Assembly: GCA_965231115.1 (NCBI GenBank)
Contig: OZ246415.1
Span: 883,621 to 947,620 of the forward strand
DNA: 64,000 bases
Direction: 5' to 3'
Source: an uncultured Candidatus Peribacteria bacterium
Lineage (GTDB): Bacteria > Patescibacteriota > Gracilibacteria > BD1-5 > JAGOOR01
The position numbers and the translations under genes were made by a program. How positions within the stretch are numbered: the first letter of the stretch is position 1; each line of letters starts with the position of its first letter. This document shows, piece by piece, positions 24,784 to 37,760 of this stretch. The notes beneath the pieces were generated by a model, which was given only the letters and a program-made list of their open reading frames with translations, was not told the origin of the DNA and ran no database searches.

Positions 24784-25923
24784 ATGAAAGACTTTCTCAA
24801 AAATCACATTCTCACGCGTCGATTTGGAGGACACTTATTTTCATTCTTTGGCATCATAGTAATACTCTATGTATCCAGAGATTTTGCTGTTTTTTTCTTA
24901 ACAGCATTTCTCTGTGGTTATATGTTTCAAGTGATCGCTCAATGGTCAGAAAGACATATCCATAAAATAGCCAATAAATCACCAAAACAATTCAAAAAGT
25001 GACTAACTCTCCTCGCTCACGAAAAAACACTCATCACTATTTTCTACATATTTTTCGCTCTTGTACTCACTTTTGCTATTCGAGATATAGGACCAGCCCT
25101 CATATCAGACCTCATCGGTCTCCTCCAGTCTCTCTCTCAGAGACTGTCGATCGATATGGGAATAGATGATATCAAAAATACACTCAGCCAATGGCAAAAC
25201 ATCTCCTATAAAGTCGGAGATCTCATCAATGTGATATCGCCCGATACAGATACTCGAACTATTCTGGCACAATTTTTTCACATAGGAAGCATATTCTTTC
25301 AAGTCGTCTTTGGATACGTATTGAGCTATGTTTGGCTTATGGAGTACGGGAAAGTTCAAAAATATTTTGCACAGATGAAAAAATGACCTTTTGCTTTTTT
25401 CTATAACGATTTAAAGATTATTTTCGAGAAAATAGTGAATAGCTTTGGTCTTGTATTTCGGGCACAATCACAGATAGCCCTCGTCAATACCGTACTCACT
25501 GTAGTGACACTGATAATTGTCTGAATAATATTTGGAGAGATTACCTACAATGGGAGTTTCGTATTCCCCTACCTTCTCGCTCTTGGTTGTATCACTTTTT
25601 TGACCAGTTTCATCCCAATTCTTGGTGTATTTATTGGGGGTATTCCGATTTTATTTTCCGGTATATCAGCTTATCCTGGTTGGGGGATAGTTATCACACT
25701 TATTGTGATGCTTTTTGTTATACATACGATAGAGGGCTATTTTCTCAACCCTCGACTTGTAGGAAGATCCTTGAATATTCCCGCTCCCGTTGTCTTCATC
25801 ATTCTCTTTGTTTCTGAGCATTTTATGGGTATTACAGGCTTCTTTTTATGAGTACCTGTCTACCTCCTCCTGACAGAATTCATCACCATCATTGCGAGCA
25901 AGGTAACAACAATCAGAGATTAA
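24784..25923 (+). CDS. AI-2E/PerM (UPF0118) family transporter
   Basis: Track ORFs 24784.., 25156.. and 25600.. are all in one frame joined by TGA. Multi-TM with an IPILG..IGG.P motif. Confidence 0.65.
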
Positions 25924-27548
25924 AATGCATCAATGACATGAAACTGAGGCGTAATAGCATCTCTCCAGGTATGGGCTTTAAGAGTCCCAATAAGGTTATG
26001 GGGCTTCTCAGAGAGTCTTTGAGAATATTCCCCCATACGAAATCCTACAATCTCTAATTTTCATGGCATATCCCATCGGATATGCTCCCCTGTTTGTCCG
26101 AGAGGTCTCACAGGAACAGATATACCAGAGAGGAGAAAAAGTGGCGCAGAAAATCCTACACCAAATGGACGAAGGGCATCTATTTCTGAAAGGGTATTGA
26201 GATTGATTTTAAGTGGATCAAGAACAGTATCGATATGAATTGTTGGAGTTGTATCGATATTTTGCATAAGCTCATCTGCAGCAGATTTCATACTATTGCA
26301 TGCTTTTTCTATATTACCCGCTTCGATTGTGCATCCTGCAGCTCCAGCGTGCCCGCCAAATCGTGTCAAATAAGCAGAAGAGAGTTCCAGTACCTTTACC
26401 AAATCAATACCAGCTGGCGCCCGAAGAGAACCTACATAATGACCATCATGTAATGTAAAAACAGCACTTGGCTTATGATACATCTCAGTGAGTCTACCAG
26501 CCACCAATCCCAAGATTCCATGCTCGAGATGTTCATCGATATATATGAGAATTGATGGGCTCGTATCTATAGTGCTGAGAGCTTTTTCTAGAGCTTCTTT
26601 GGATTTTCACTTACGAATCTCGTTGACAGCAATAAGCTCCTGAATATGAGAAAAAGAATGAAGAGAAGAAGCAAGCAATGCGGTGATGCTCTGATATGGT
26701 GTCGTGATACGACCTCCAGCGTTGAGAAGAGGCCCAACAAAAAATCCTATATCTTCTTCAGTAAGAATGGGTCTCTTGAGTGTATCAACAAATGTCTGGA
26801 AAAATGGATGATGTGAGGACTGTGATTGGAGAATGCCCTGACGAACAATGGTACGGTTTTCATCGAGCATGGGCATACAGTCAGCCACAGTACCGAGAGA
26901 AACTATATCCACATATTTACGGAGCATATCTTTTGTTTTTTCTGGGAAGAAAAAATCTGATAAGGCATGGATAAACTTCCAAACAACTCATGATCCAGAA
27001 AGCCCCTGAAATGGGTAGAGGGAATCTCTTCTTTTTGGATTAATAACAGCAATACAAGACGGGAGCATCTCTGGGCATGAATGATGATCGGTAATGATAA
27101 CATCCATACCCAGTGTTTTTGCATGGTTTACAGGCTCGATATCTTTGGTACCACAGTCCACAGTGATGATGAGTTTGGTGCCAGTTTTTGCAATCTCTTC
27201 CATGTGGTACGATTTTATACCATAACCATCGTGAACACGATGTGGGAGCCGATAGGATACATCCATACCGAGCTCATCTCTCAGAAAAAGAAAAAGAGCC
27301 GCTGTCGAAGAAATACCATCGACATCATAGTCTCAAAAAATCATAGATCTCTCTCGATTTTCTCGAGCAAAAGCGATTCTCTCTATAGCTTTTTGTATAT
27401 CTGGGAGCAGAAGTGGGTCATGAATAATATCTCCACGAAAAAAACTCTCCTCTGATCCGCGAAGAGAGAGGAGAAGTTCTGTGAGATTATCTGGATGTGT
27501 CGAGTGAAGCACCTCAATGCGTTTTCCTCTGAGTGACAATTGTTCCAT
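25920..27548 (-). CDS. recJ: single-stranded-DNA-specific exonuclease
   Basis: Four track ORFs (26061.., 26607.., 26988.., 27333..) are in one frame. IF-G-DYDVDG with Gly = TGA 27333-27335, plus DHH and GGHAGAAG motifs. Confidence 0.85.
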
Positions 27549-27563
27549 TCTTGTAAATCGTGA

Positions 27564-27869
27564 TTATTTAGCTGACAATTGCTCTTTCATGTGCTGAAAT
27601 GCGTGATGGATCAGATCATCGAGCTTGAAAAACTTCTCTCGCTCAAACATAATGAGCTGTCCGTCAATATGGGCATGGAGTTTACCGTAAAAAGAATCAT
27701 CACTATTTTTCTTAATGGTTACCTCGATACGGACTTCCGCATCTGGCTTATCATCATATCGACGAAGGTACGCATCTACCTTACCCATGCTGTCATTGAC
27801 GAGCCTCTCGATTACTTCTCGGTCATACTCAGCAGAACTGTCTATCTGCAATATTATTTGTGGTTGCAT
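27564..27869 (-). CDS. hpf: ribosome hibernation factor (HPF/RaiA family, short form)
   Basis: 101-aa uninterrupted ORF with the HPF-like pattern ..FYGKLHAHIDGQLIMFEREKFFKLDDLIHHAFQHMKEQL. Confidence 0.55.
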   Translation of the reverse strand: MQPQIILQIDSSAEYDREVIERLVNDSMGKVDAYLRRYDDKPDAEVRIEVTIKKNSDDSFYGKLHAHIDGQLIMFEREKFFKLDDLIHHAFQHMKEQLSAK

Positions 27870-27941
27870 AGGAAAAAGGTTAAGAAATAAGTACTCTCAG
27901 TATAGTTTAGAGATATTGGGAGTCAACTGGTCACCTCTTCC

Positions 27942-30512
27942 CTATTTCTGTTCTTCCTCTATTTTGACTGTTTTCTTTTTCGCGAGTTCAGAGTCCCAGA
28001 GAGCAAAATCAATTGATGGCAAAAGCGCACTAATTGCCTCTCATTTTGTCAAAACAGCATAGTTAAGATTCGACCAGACATATTCCTGTCTTTTTTTGAA
28101 ACACTCAGAAGAAAAATAACGTGTAGCATTTTTTGTACACGCTATCTCCGCATCGATGATTTTTTGGTCTTCCAGGCTCAATGAGACATTACCAAATTCA
28201 ATAGGGTCTTGACCTATAACAGGCTCACGAGAAAGTCCTGTAATAGGATTATAATAAGTAACAAAATCACTCGAATAAGAGCCAGTATTATAGTATGCGG
28301 CACCATTTGGACCCATTTTTTGACCATGAAAATATTGATATTCAAAATCTTCTACTTTCTGCCATTCCTCTCGATATTTTGTTGTTGCCTGATTTCTAAA
28401 TTTATTCAAAGCAGACTCACTATAATTCGAAATTTTGACACCAGCAAGACTCATACTGAGCATGAGCTCAAAATAATCACGCTTTGAGCTATCCACATAA
28501 GCATTTCGATTAATAGGGAGCTTGCGGATAATTGATTCAAATGTAGGACTTTTGCTATCATTTGGATTGATATGATCGGTGAATTTTTTGTGATAAATAG
28601 TCCAGACATGGAGGCGAGCATAGGCATCCCATGTCAGTGGAAGTTCTCCATCAAAATTTGCACGAGGTGAGAGTATTCCGTATTTGACGAGGTATTTGAG
28701 AGTGTCACGGAATTCTTGAGATTGATCCTCGACATCAGTATAGGCGAGTTTTATGCCTGCAGTTCCAAAATCTGTTATGCCATCAGTCGGGAAAATCAGG
28801 GTCTTATCAAGATAATTTTTCATGATATTCATGATATCATTTTTATATTGTTTATCGGTGTAGAAAAAGAGAGAGAGGAAGTGAGAATTATTTTTTCCGA
28901 CGAGGAGTATGATTTCACACTGTGTCGCAAATTTTTGTGAATTTTTCTCATCAAAAAGTCGCAGATCTCAGCTTGAATCACACACAGAAAAGCCCTCATG
29001 TCCTTTGTAGGTAATTGTTTGTGATTCCGAATTCTGACCAAAATACGGTGATTCCTTGAGGCGGCTCAGAAGCTCACTTGCCGATGTTCATTCTGTATAA
29101 AATGAATTTGGAGCAATACTAATCTGGGCATAGCTCCAGAGATTTCCAAGATAGTTACGCACAGTAAAGAGATCCTGATAATTTGCCATAAACTGAGAAA
29201 TGACGCCGTTGTATGGGAAAAAATTAGAACGAAAATCAACCAACGATTCTGACGGAGGCAATATTTTGAGATTTGCATCAGTCACATCAATCGCTACATT
29301 CGGTGAAAATGAAAATTTTGCAGGAAACGAAACTCCAGCCAAAAATGCACTTATATTTTTCTGAAGAGTTTCATAGGTTGTCTCATTTGAAAATGGAGTC
29401 GAGAGTTGCAATAATATAAGGTGGTGTTCGTCTATAATTTTGAAATAAACATACTGTGTTTTTGTCTTATCGCCGCCAGTATTACCGAGCGTATCGACTT
29501 CATAAAATGATTGTCCTCCGATGGTCACAGTTTTAAACTTCACGTCCTGCCAGAAAGGAAAAAATGATTGTCCTGAGAGAAAGTATCTGATCTCTTCTGG
29601 TGTCTTGAGGCTCGGGGTATTGAAATGTATAAATGAAAAACCTCAAACAGCAGTACTACTCTCATCTGCTATCTGTCCATCTATATAGGATCCCGGTATA
29701 TAGGTCGTGATATTATACTTTGTTGGGAAATTGAAAGTGATGAGAGGATCAGTAATGCTTTTTTTCTGTGAAGCCTCGGTAACAGTTTGTAAAAATGGTG
29801 AAAATTTTGGATTATTTGTCTGAATTTTTTTTGTTTTAGCGAGAGAGGTTTCAACGAAAGATTTCGCTTCTCGTATCGAGAGTGAATAGCCAAGTGCTGG
29901 GTCAGAATTCCCTCCGATAAGAAAAGTATTGATACCGACTACTTTGCCGTCTCGGATAAGTGGTCCGCCAGAATTTCCACCCGCTATAAGAGTGTCTGTT
30001 TTAATATACGTATTCCCATTATATGCATACGTCCCGGATACGATTCACTGTGTTTCTGTAATAGTGTTTGCCCCAACCCATGGGTAGCCACGAGCATTCA
30101 CTGTATCGCCAGTATTTGGCGTATAATTCGTGTCGAGAGGAAGTGCCGTAAAGCTCGAGAGATTGACCGATCGACCAAAAATATCGGTACTATCAATCTG
30201 AAGGAGTGCTATATCTTTGTCCGGGTCACGGGCAATAACTGAGGCGGTATAATAACATTTTGGAGGAAGAGTCGGATCTTCAGTGAGACAGATAGAAAAA
30301 TCATCGGAGATACCGCCGAGACCATCGTCGACGACATGATTATTGGTGATGATGTGTCCTGCATTATCTATGATAGAACCACTTCCCCATCCCTGGAGTG
30401 AGAAATACGTGCCGAGAGGTTCTTTGTAGGAAATAACCTGGACGACTGGGGATGGAGCTGCAAATGCTGAATAGCACAAGACAGCAAAAGAGAGAAGGAA
30501 GATTTTTTTCAT
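27942..30512 (-). CDS. secreted trypsin-like (S1/HtrA-type) serine protease with large C-terminal extension (856 aa)
   Basis: Signal peptide MKKIFLLSFAVLCYSAFA. Catalytic triad context: GHIITNNHVV, DIALLQI, GGNSGGPL. Track ORFs 30045.., 29088.. and 28041.. are in one frame joined by TGA. Ends at TAG (plus cta 27942-27944). Confidence 0.7.
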
Positions 30513-30566
30513 AGTGAGAAAAGAAAAGTACGCCTCTACTGTATGATTTTTGAGGAAAAATCAAAG

Positions 30567-30595
30567 AAAAACTCCCACATTTCTGTGGGAGTTTT
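30567..30595 (-). terminator. hairpin terminator downstream of fusA
   Basis: aaaactcccaca / tgtgggagtttt stem with a 4-nt loop and a T-run on the minus strand. Confidence 0.65.
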
Positions 30596-30616
30596 GGAGA
30601 TTTATGAAGAGAAATA

Positions 30617-32761
30617 CTATTCATCATCTTCTTCGAATTTCACACCTCGTTCAGCGCGGATTTTTTCTGTGATAGCGGCAGGAACTGGAGAGTAATGTGA
30701 GAATTCCATTGCATAGGTAGCACGACCCTGAGACATAGATCGGAGAGAAGTCGAATAGCCAAACATTTCTGAGAGTGGGACAAACGCAGCGATGATCTTC
30801 GCCATACCACGATCACTCATCTCATTAATCTGACCTCGTTTTGCATTCACATCACCGAGAACGTCACCCATATAATCTTCTGGAGTTGAGATTTCGACCT
30901 TCATGATCGGCTCGAGAAGGATAGGCTTCGCTTTCTTTGAAGCCTCTCGGAAACATCGGCTCGCAGCGATACGGAATGAGAGTTCATTTGAGTCGACATC
31001 ATGGTAAGAACCAAATGTGAGGGTTGCCTGAACATTTACCATAGGGTAACCAGCGATAACACCTCGAGCATATGATGCATTAAGCCCCTTCTCAACACCT
31101 GGGATGAATTCTCGTGGGATAACACCTCACTTGATCTCGTCGATAAAGTGGTTTTCTTCTGTGTACTCTTCTGGCTGAGCCTTTCTCATATCTTCTGTGA
31201 TAGGTTCAAACGTGATGATAACATGACCAAATTGACCACGACCACCAGTTTGTTTCTTGTATTGAAATTCTTGATCTTTCACGACTTGAGTGATAGTTTC
31301 ACGGTAAGCAACTTGAGGAGCACCAACATTACACTCGACTTTGAATTCACGACGCATGCGATCGACGATGATATCGAGGTGGAGTTCACCCATACCAGCG
31401 ATGATAGTCTGACCCGTTTCACTGTCAGAGCGGATACGGAATGATGGATCTTCTTCAGCGAGTTTACCGAGAGCAGTACCCATTTTTTCTTGATCTGCTT
31501 TTGATTTTGGCTCTACAGAGACAGAGATAACTGGTTCTGGGAAATCGAGAGAGAGGAGCTTGATAGGGTGTGCCTTGTCACAGAGTGTGTGACCTGTTTT
31601 TGTCTCCTTGAGACCGATAACCGCAGCGATATTACCCGCTGAGATTTCTGTGATTTCTTTTCGATTGTTTGCGTGCATCTCGACGATACGACCGATACGT
31701 TCTGACTCACCATTGTTAGCATTGGTGACAGATGTACCAGACTTGAGAACACCAGAGTAAACACGGACAAATGTGAGACGTCCGACAAATGGATCCGTCA
31801 TGATCTTGAATGCAAGTGCTGAGAGTGGTTCAGAATCGAGTTGTTTAAATTCAACCTTCTTTTCATCATCATCTGGATCAGTACCGACGATTTTTCCTTC
31901 GTTGATATCGAGTGGTGACGGGAGGTAATCAACAACAGCATCGAGAACTTTCTGAACACCGACGTTTGCGAGGGCAGAACCACAGAAGAGTGGGAATACA
32001 TTTCCAGACATAACACCCTTGCGGATACCAGCCTTGATTTCTTCGACTGTGAGCTCCTCACCACCGAGATATTTATTCATGAGTGCATCATCCTGTTCTG
32101 CAGCTTTTTCGATCAGTTCGAGACGGCATGCTTCTGCACGAGCTCTCATATCTTCTGGGAAAGCACGCTCGACGACTTCGACACCCATATTCCCCTTGAA
32201 TTCCCATGCTTTCATAGTGACGAGGTCGATGATACCCTTGAATTCATTTTCACGACCGATAGGGAGCTGAGCTCGGACTACTTTATTTCCTGCGAGACGT
32301 TTTTTGATTGATTCAAATGTCATTTCGAAATCTCCACCAGTCTTGTCCATCTTGTTCGCAAACGCGATTCGAGGAACACCGTATTTGTCAGCTTGCTTCC
32401 AAACTGTTTCTGACTGAGGTTCTACACCCTGTGAACCGTCGAATACGACGATACCACCATCGAGGACACGCATTGAGCGCTCTACTTCGATCGTGAAATC
32501 CACGTGACCTGGAGTATCGATGATATTGATATCAAGACCGTTCCATGCTGTCTTTGTTGCAGCAGCCGTGATCGTGATACCACGTTCTTGTTCCTGTTCC
32601 ATCCAGTCCATAGTCGCAGCTCCATCATGTACCTCACCGATTTTGTGAGTTTTACCAGAATAGAAGAGGATACGTTCAGTGGTAGTTGTTTTACCAGCAT
32701 CGATATGCGCGATAATACCTATATTACGGATATTGCGCTTCTTGTCGTCAGTTGCAGACAT
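30617..32761 (-). CDS. fusA: elongation factor G
   Basis: [13 protein letters not shown]-domain. Start taken at [16 protein letters not shown] (ATG 32761), not the track's 45-aa upstream extension. A single in-frame TGA (31127-31129) within [17 protein letters not shown]. Confidence 0.9.
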
Positions 32762-32863
32762 AAGGAAGAAAAGAGTAAATAAATTTATCCCGATAAACGG
32801 GAGAAAACATGAGCATTGTATAGAAAAAGAAAGGGAGTCAAGGATATAAATAAGGCTGTATAT

Positions 32864-32892
32864 TTGACACGATGGCAAGAATGAAATAAACT
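32864..32892 (+). promoter_or_regulatory. putative promoter
   Basis: TTGACA-17 nt-TAAACT, about 35 nt upstream of ATG 32929. Confidence 0.3.
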
Positions 32893-32928
32893 GCACGGGT
32901 TATCATTTTATTTTATTATCTCTTCGTT

Positions 32929-34842
32929 ATGAAAGGTGTCCTCAAAATCGGAGCATTTCTCGTCGTGCTCGTCGTGCTCATTGGTGGCGGGTGGTACTAT
33001 ACAAATAAATCTCACGGCACAACCGACTGAGATTCAAATTTTAATAAAGCCCTCGAAATCATGCAGAGCCTCCAGTCATCAGCTCTTGGCAGCTCTCTCA
33101 CAAATGATCAACTCGATACACTCGAAAAGGGTTTTATAGATGCTCAGGCTCGTTTTCCAAAAATTACCGCCTTCCGTGAAGCAGATCGTACAAGTCTTGC
33201 AACACTTTTTACAAATAATAACATAACAGGAACGATTGCTACCGACATTTCTACACTTGCAAATGGACTCGTCGATAACTATAAATCAGGTATCGATGCA
33301 AAAATCGCAGCACTCTCAGTCTCAGACGCTGTAAAAGCGTCTCTCAAAAAACTCACCGATTCTATCAATAGTCTCTCAAACGATATCCGTCTCACAACAC
33401 AGTTTGTCTCATGGTATACCTCAAAGAGACCAAATATCTGTACGACAACAGATTCTAGCAACAATCAGTATGTAGCTGGTACTATCTCATTTAAATATCC
33501 GAGCACTCCTGTAAAAACTCCTGTAGTAGAGACATGTAGTGGTGCAGTACTCTCAGAACACTTCTGTTCAGGCCTCGAGTACACACCAGATGCAGCTCAT
33601 GACAAAACCAGAAATTGTGAATTTGGTTGTAGCAATGGTGCTTGTCTCAAAGGTACAATTGGTATCGTAAATATAGTCAGCGCCGCATCAGCGAGTGGCA
33701 CAGTCATGACAGATGTAAAACAGAACCAGACATTCTATCTCAAGGCAAGTCCTACTCGTGCAGCTCAGGCGACAGCAACGTCAGATGCGGATGGTAAAAA
33801 AGCCACAATCGTCTCTGGTGGTTTCGGATATGCTAGCGCTCCTACGGCTCCTCCAACAGTCACTATCACTGGTGGTACATGTACAACAAAACCAACAGCT
33901 CGTGCGACAGTACGGGAAGGAGAAGTCACTGAGGTGAAGCTTATTGGTGGTAACTGTACAGTTGCACCAACTATTGCTATCGCGGCACCTCCTCTCACTG
34001 CGGCTAATACGACTATCTATGCTGTGATTGATTCTCCATCATTTACTAGTGGCAAATGTACGCTTACAACAAAAAGCCAACCCGTTGTCACTTCTGGTGC
34101 AGATCTCTATTTTGGCCCTATTCTCTGTAACACGACTGAAAATCATACTCTCACATTCAATCTCACTGACAACAATACAACTATCGGATCAGTCAGTAAA
34201 ACAATCAATATTGGTGGTGTCAGTATGAAAAACTTTGAAATCACAGCTCCTACAGCAGTCGCTGCTGGTAATGATTTTAGCATCAAAGTAAAAACTATAG
34301 GAACGAATGATCTCCCTATTACAGATTATACTGGTGACTTCTTTATTATCGTCGATGGTGATGATGAAGCTACTTTCCCTCAGGGGGCACAAAAAATGAA
34401 TGGTCAGTCAGAAATCTCTATCGACCATATCAAATTTTCTAAAGGCGGAACTATCAAGATCACTATCCGCGGAGAAGGCGTCAGTGATACAGCTGAAAAA
34501 ACTATTGTCGTAACTGGTGCTGACATTTCTATAAAGGCTGGTGCAGCAACTTCGACTAATAGTTATGGGAAAGAACTCACAGCTAATTCAGGCGACACTA
34601 TCACCTATAAATGGGAGGGGACAAATGGTACTACAGGCGACACCACATACACTTCAGTAAAAGCATCTGGCGGTAACTGTGGCTCTGGTCAATGGTCAAC
34701 TGGTAATGGTCTCACGGGTACATTTACTCAAACTCTTCAACCAGCCAATAAATGATGTACCTATACATTCACTTATAAAGTCTCAAAAACAGGCTTAACC
34801 AGCTTTGCTACAGACAGTATAACACTGACTGTAAACGAATAA
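32929..34842 (+). CDS. N-terminally anchored surface protein (637 aa), function unknown
   Basis: ATG 32929 gives MKGVLKIGAFLVVLVVLIGGGWYY (TM segment), in frame with track ORF 33061..34755. Cys-rich module, SGGFGYASAPT..VTITGG repeat-like segment and Ig-like beta-rich C-terminus. Ends at TAA 34840-34842. Confidence 0.6.
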
Positions 34843-34867
34843 TTCTATTATTGTAGAACATAATTAT

Positions 34868-34902
34868 CCCCCTTGACAAGATATTGTCAGGGGGGATTTT
34901 TT
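34868..34902 (+). terminator. rho-independent terminator
   Basis: 11-bp stem cccccttgaca / tgtcagggggg followed by a T-run. Confidence 0.7.
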
Positions 34903-34935
34903 GATATAGAGAACAAGGTGGTGTATTCTCTTGGT

Positions 34936-35925
34936 ATGTCATATAAGCCACATATTATGTTTTCTCCAAAAAAAATAGCACTTTTAGCCATTGGATTAGC
35001 TTCTATTAGCCTCTCTCACGCTGATGTAGTTGAATGTACAAGCCAGAAATATTTCTCAGATAACCAATGTCAGATCTGTCAGGATGGTGGCGACGCGACA
35101 TCGACAGATACGAGCATCACTCTCCCAAAACAGGATCTCTCATGGGAAAATACGCTCGACGGTATCAATCAAAACTTTTACGAAACGAGCCAGAGCCCAG
35201 CCGAAATCAAGACAAATATAGCCACTGCTCCTGCAACATGGGACGAAAAAGGTCTCGATTGGGGTACAGATGTAGTATGGAAAGACCTTGATGGTCTCAA
35301 TATGTTTAGTCTCGATGCAGGAAAAACAATCACTGTCAAAAATATCGCTGACAAGACATCCGTCACTCTCACAAGCCCAAAACAAGTAGCAGATCCCTAT
35401 TTTGTCGTCAAAGTCCCAATCTCATACTATGAGCTCAAAATGGGAACCTTCAAAGAATCAGAAAAAAAGACGGTCAATTATTGTATCTCATACAAACCTA
35501 AAAAAACAACAACCACACCACCCGCAACAAATACAACAACCACAACAACACCTCCGGCAGCAACTACACCGCCAAAAACTACAACAACCACACCACCCGC
35601 AACAACACCTCCGGCAGCAACTACACAGCCAAAGACAGTCACACCTCCAACAACTACAGATACAACACCAGATCTCAATAGCGCCAGTGATGCCCCAGCT
35701 GACACCGCTCCTGATACAACATCTGATACCACCACAACAAAAGATACTGGCACAGATATACCATCTTATAATGCAAAACCAGTAAAACCAACACTCAACT
35801 CTGCAGGAAAAGATCCTACAAGAGTCCCTACTGGTCCAGCAGAAAACATGTTTATTGTTATTGCAGCCCTCCTTCTCACAGTACTTTTATTCCCGAAAAT
35901 AAACAAAATTTTTGAAGGAAGATAA
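34936..35925 (+). CDS. secreted Thr/Pro-rich protein with C-terminal TM anchor
   Basis: Start placed after the terminator hairpin (ATG 34936 or 34957). Signal peptide ..LLAIGLASISLSHA, TTTPPA/TPP low-complexity stalk and C-terminal VPTGPAEN plus TM plus basic tail. Confidence 0.6.
   Translation: MSYKPHIMFSPKKIALLAIGLASISLSHADVVECTSQKYFSDNQCQICQDGGDATSTDTSITLPKQDLSWENTLDGINQNFYETSQSPAEIKTNIATAPATWDEKGLDWGTDVVWKDLDGLNMFSLDAGKTITVKNIADKTSVTLTSPKQVADPYFVVKVPISYYELKMGTFKESEKKTVNYCISYKPKKTTTTPPATNTTTTTTPPAATTPPKTTTTTPPATTPPAATTQPKTVTPPTTTDTTPDLNSASDAPADTAPDTTSDTTTTKDTGTDIPSYNAKPVKPTLNSAGKDPTRVPTGPAENMFIVIAALLLTVLLFPKINKIFEGR
35506..35625 (+). repeat. imperfect tandem duplication inside the Thr/Pro-rich coding region
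   Basis: Identical 25-mer at 35506-35530 and 35581-35605. Identical 20-mer at 35549-35568 and 35606-35625. Confidence 0.8.
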
Positions 35926-37080
35926 TTACACAACGTAGTTGTCCCAAAATTTCTTTCTAAAATCTGCATATTCTGATTTCTCTATAGCCTCACGAGCACG
36001 ATCACAGAGACGCATGAGAAATTCGACATTATGCATCGAGAGAAGTATCTGTCCGAGAATTTCATCAGCATGGATGAGATGACGGAGATATCCGAGAGTA
36101 TAGTTTTCACTGACAGAAGTCTCAAATCCTGGTAAAACTGGGATTTTTTCGAGAGAACCAGCGAGATTGCTCCGGCCCACTTTCATATACCCCTGTGAAG
36201 TAAATATCTCTCCGTGTCGTCCGAGACGTGTCGGGAGGACACAGTCAAACATATCGATTCATCGCGCTATAGCTTCTACGAGATCTTCTGGAGTACCTAC
36301 TCCCATGAGGTAATGAGGCTTCTCTGGTGGAAGCTCGGGCGCGAGGAGATCAAGCATTTTCAACATCGATTCTGTACTTTCTCACACCGAGAGTCATCCA
36401 ATGGCTATACCCAATGTCGGAAGTTTTCGAAGGAATCGAACAGATTCAAGTCGTAAGTCCTCGTATGTCACTCATTGAATAATTGGAAAGAGAGTCTGTG
36501 GGTGGAGTCATTTTTCTGCACGAAGGATCTCATTTTTCTGCCACTGAACGATGCATCGTTCGACCCAGTCATGTGTACGGTCGAGAGCCTGTCGTGCTCG
36601 TTTGTAGGTCGCATTTCCTGGCGCGACATCATCAAATGCCATGATGATATCCGCTCCGAGCTTTGACTGGATATCCATGGCATCTTCTGGGCTCACAAAA
36701 TGCTTCGTACCATCAATATGTGACTGAAATCGGACCCCCTCCTCTGTGGTTTTGACCAGTGATCGGCCACTGCGCGTATGCCCGAGCGAAAAAACCTGAA
36801 AACCTCCGCTATCCGTCAGAATAGGGAGATCGATATTCATGAATTTGTGGAGCCCTCCCATCTTCTCGACGATATCTGCTCCAGGACGAAGCATGAGATG
36901 GTAGGTATTACTGAGCATAATCTGCGTATTCATCTGAGCAATCCCCTCTCTCGTGACTCATTTAATAGTCCCCGCAGTGCCTACTGGCATAAAAACTGGT
37001 GTCTGAATAGCCCCGTGAGGAGTAGTCAATATACCAGCACGAGCAAATCAATCAGTAGAAGTTGTTTCAAAAGAGAACAT
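35926..37080 (-). CDS. tgt: queuine tRNA-ribosyltransferase
   Basis: Track ORFs 35926..36252 and 36508..36933 are in frame with ATG 37080. [29 protein letters not shown] and [12 protein letters not shown] motifs, with several conserved Gly encoded by TGA. Confidence 0.9.
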
Positions 37081-37082
37081 AA

Positions 37083-37625
37083 TTATTTTCATATACGATA
37101 TTTATCCTGCAATGCATTGTGAAGCATTTTCCCAGTGGCAGATTGCCCAGATGTTTCTTCTAAAAAAGCAGTAATAGTGCCTTCTTGATCGGTATAGTGA
37201 GCACGAATCGTGAGATAAATCTCCGATGATTTTTTTCGAGCTCTTCTCAGGCGAGCGATCTCCTGCCCTATCAGAGCAAAACCAACTGCTTGTCCGAGCT
37301 TTGAAGTGCTAAAAACTTTCTGAATATTGACGATAAGCTCTTCTATATGTCTCAGGTGGATATTGATTTGATTATCAATTTTTGTGATAGTTACAAATTC
37401 ATCGAGCTCTCCTTCTATGGACGCATGTTGTCTCTGAGTATGAGATGAAACATCTTGAAGCGACACAATAATCTGAAGAAAAACTTTCTTGAGCAGTACG
37501 GTATCCTCGAGAGTGTCGAGAGCATCACAGATGTTCTCACAAGACGTGATGAACTCCTGAATATGTTCATCGAGATGAACAACATTCTTCCGAATTGCCT
37601 GAATCCGAGGAGTCTCTTTTGACAT
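37083..37625 (-). CDS. hypothetical protein (180 aa)
   Basis: Track ORF 37089..37625 extended by two codons through TGA to TAA. Lies 2 nt upstream of the tgt start. Confidence 0.5.
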
Positions 37626-37760
37626 ACCGAGAGTATAGGGAAAATTCTCTTATTGCAAACGTCAAGAACCAGGAAAGCCACTCAATAAGAAGGATGCAAT
37701 CAGTAACATAATTATATCCAGGTACTATAAGAAAATCCTAAAATACTACCAATATAAAAG

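Noticed and set aside
32762-32896. 45-aa N-terminal extension of EF-G in track ORF 31127..32896. A similar upstream extension appears in track ORF 16504..16812.
   Set aside because: The canonical N-termini ([16 protein letters not shown]; MSQLLIGFIGQG) begin at internal ATGs. The extensions are hydrophobic read-through of promoter DNA.
35506-35625. Tandem repeats as a possible CRISPR array or other noncoding repeat array.
   Set aside because: The repeats are in frame inside a coding region and have no spacer architecture. No CRISPR-like array was seen anywhere in the window.
35402-35785. Long alternative-frame or antisense ORFs over low-complexity DNA (35402..35785, 35478..35753, 8387..8707, 39155..39832, 39733..40158, 39802..40143).
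   Set aside because: These are by-products of repetitive Thr/Pro-, Lys- or Gly/Arg-coding sequence in the real frames.
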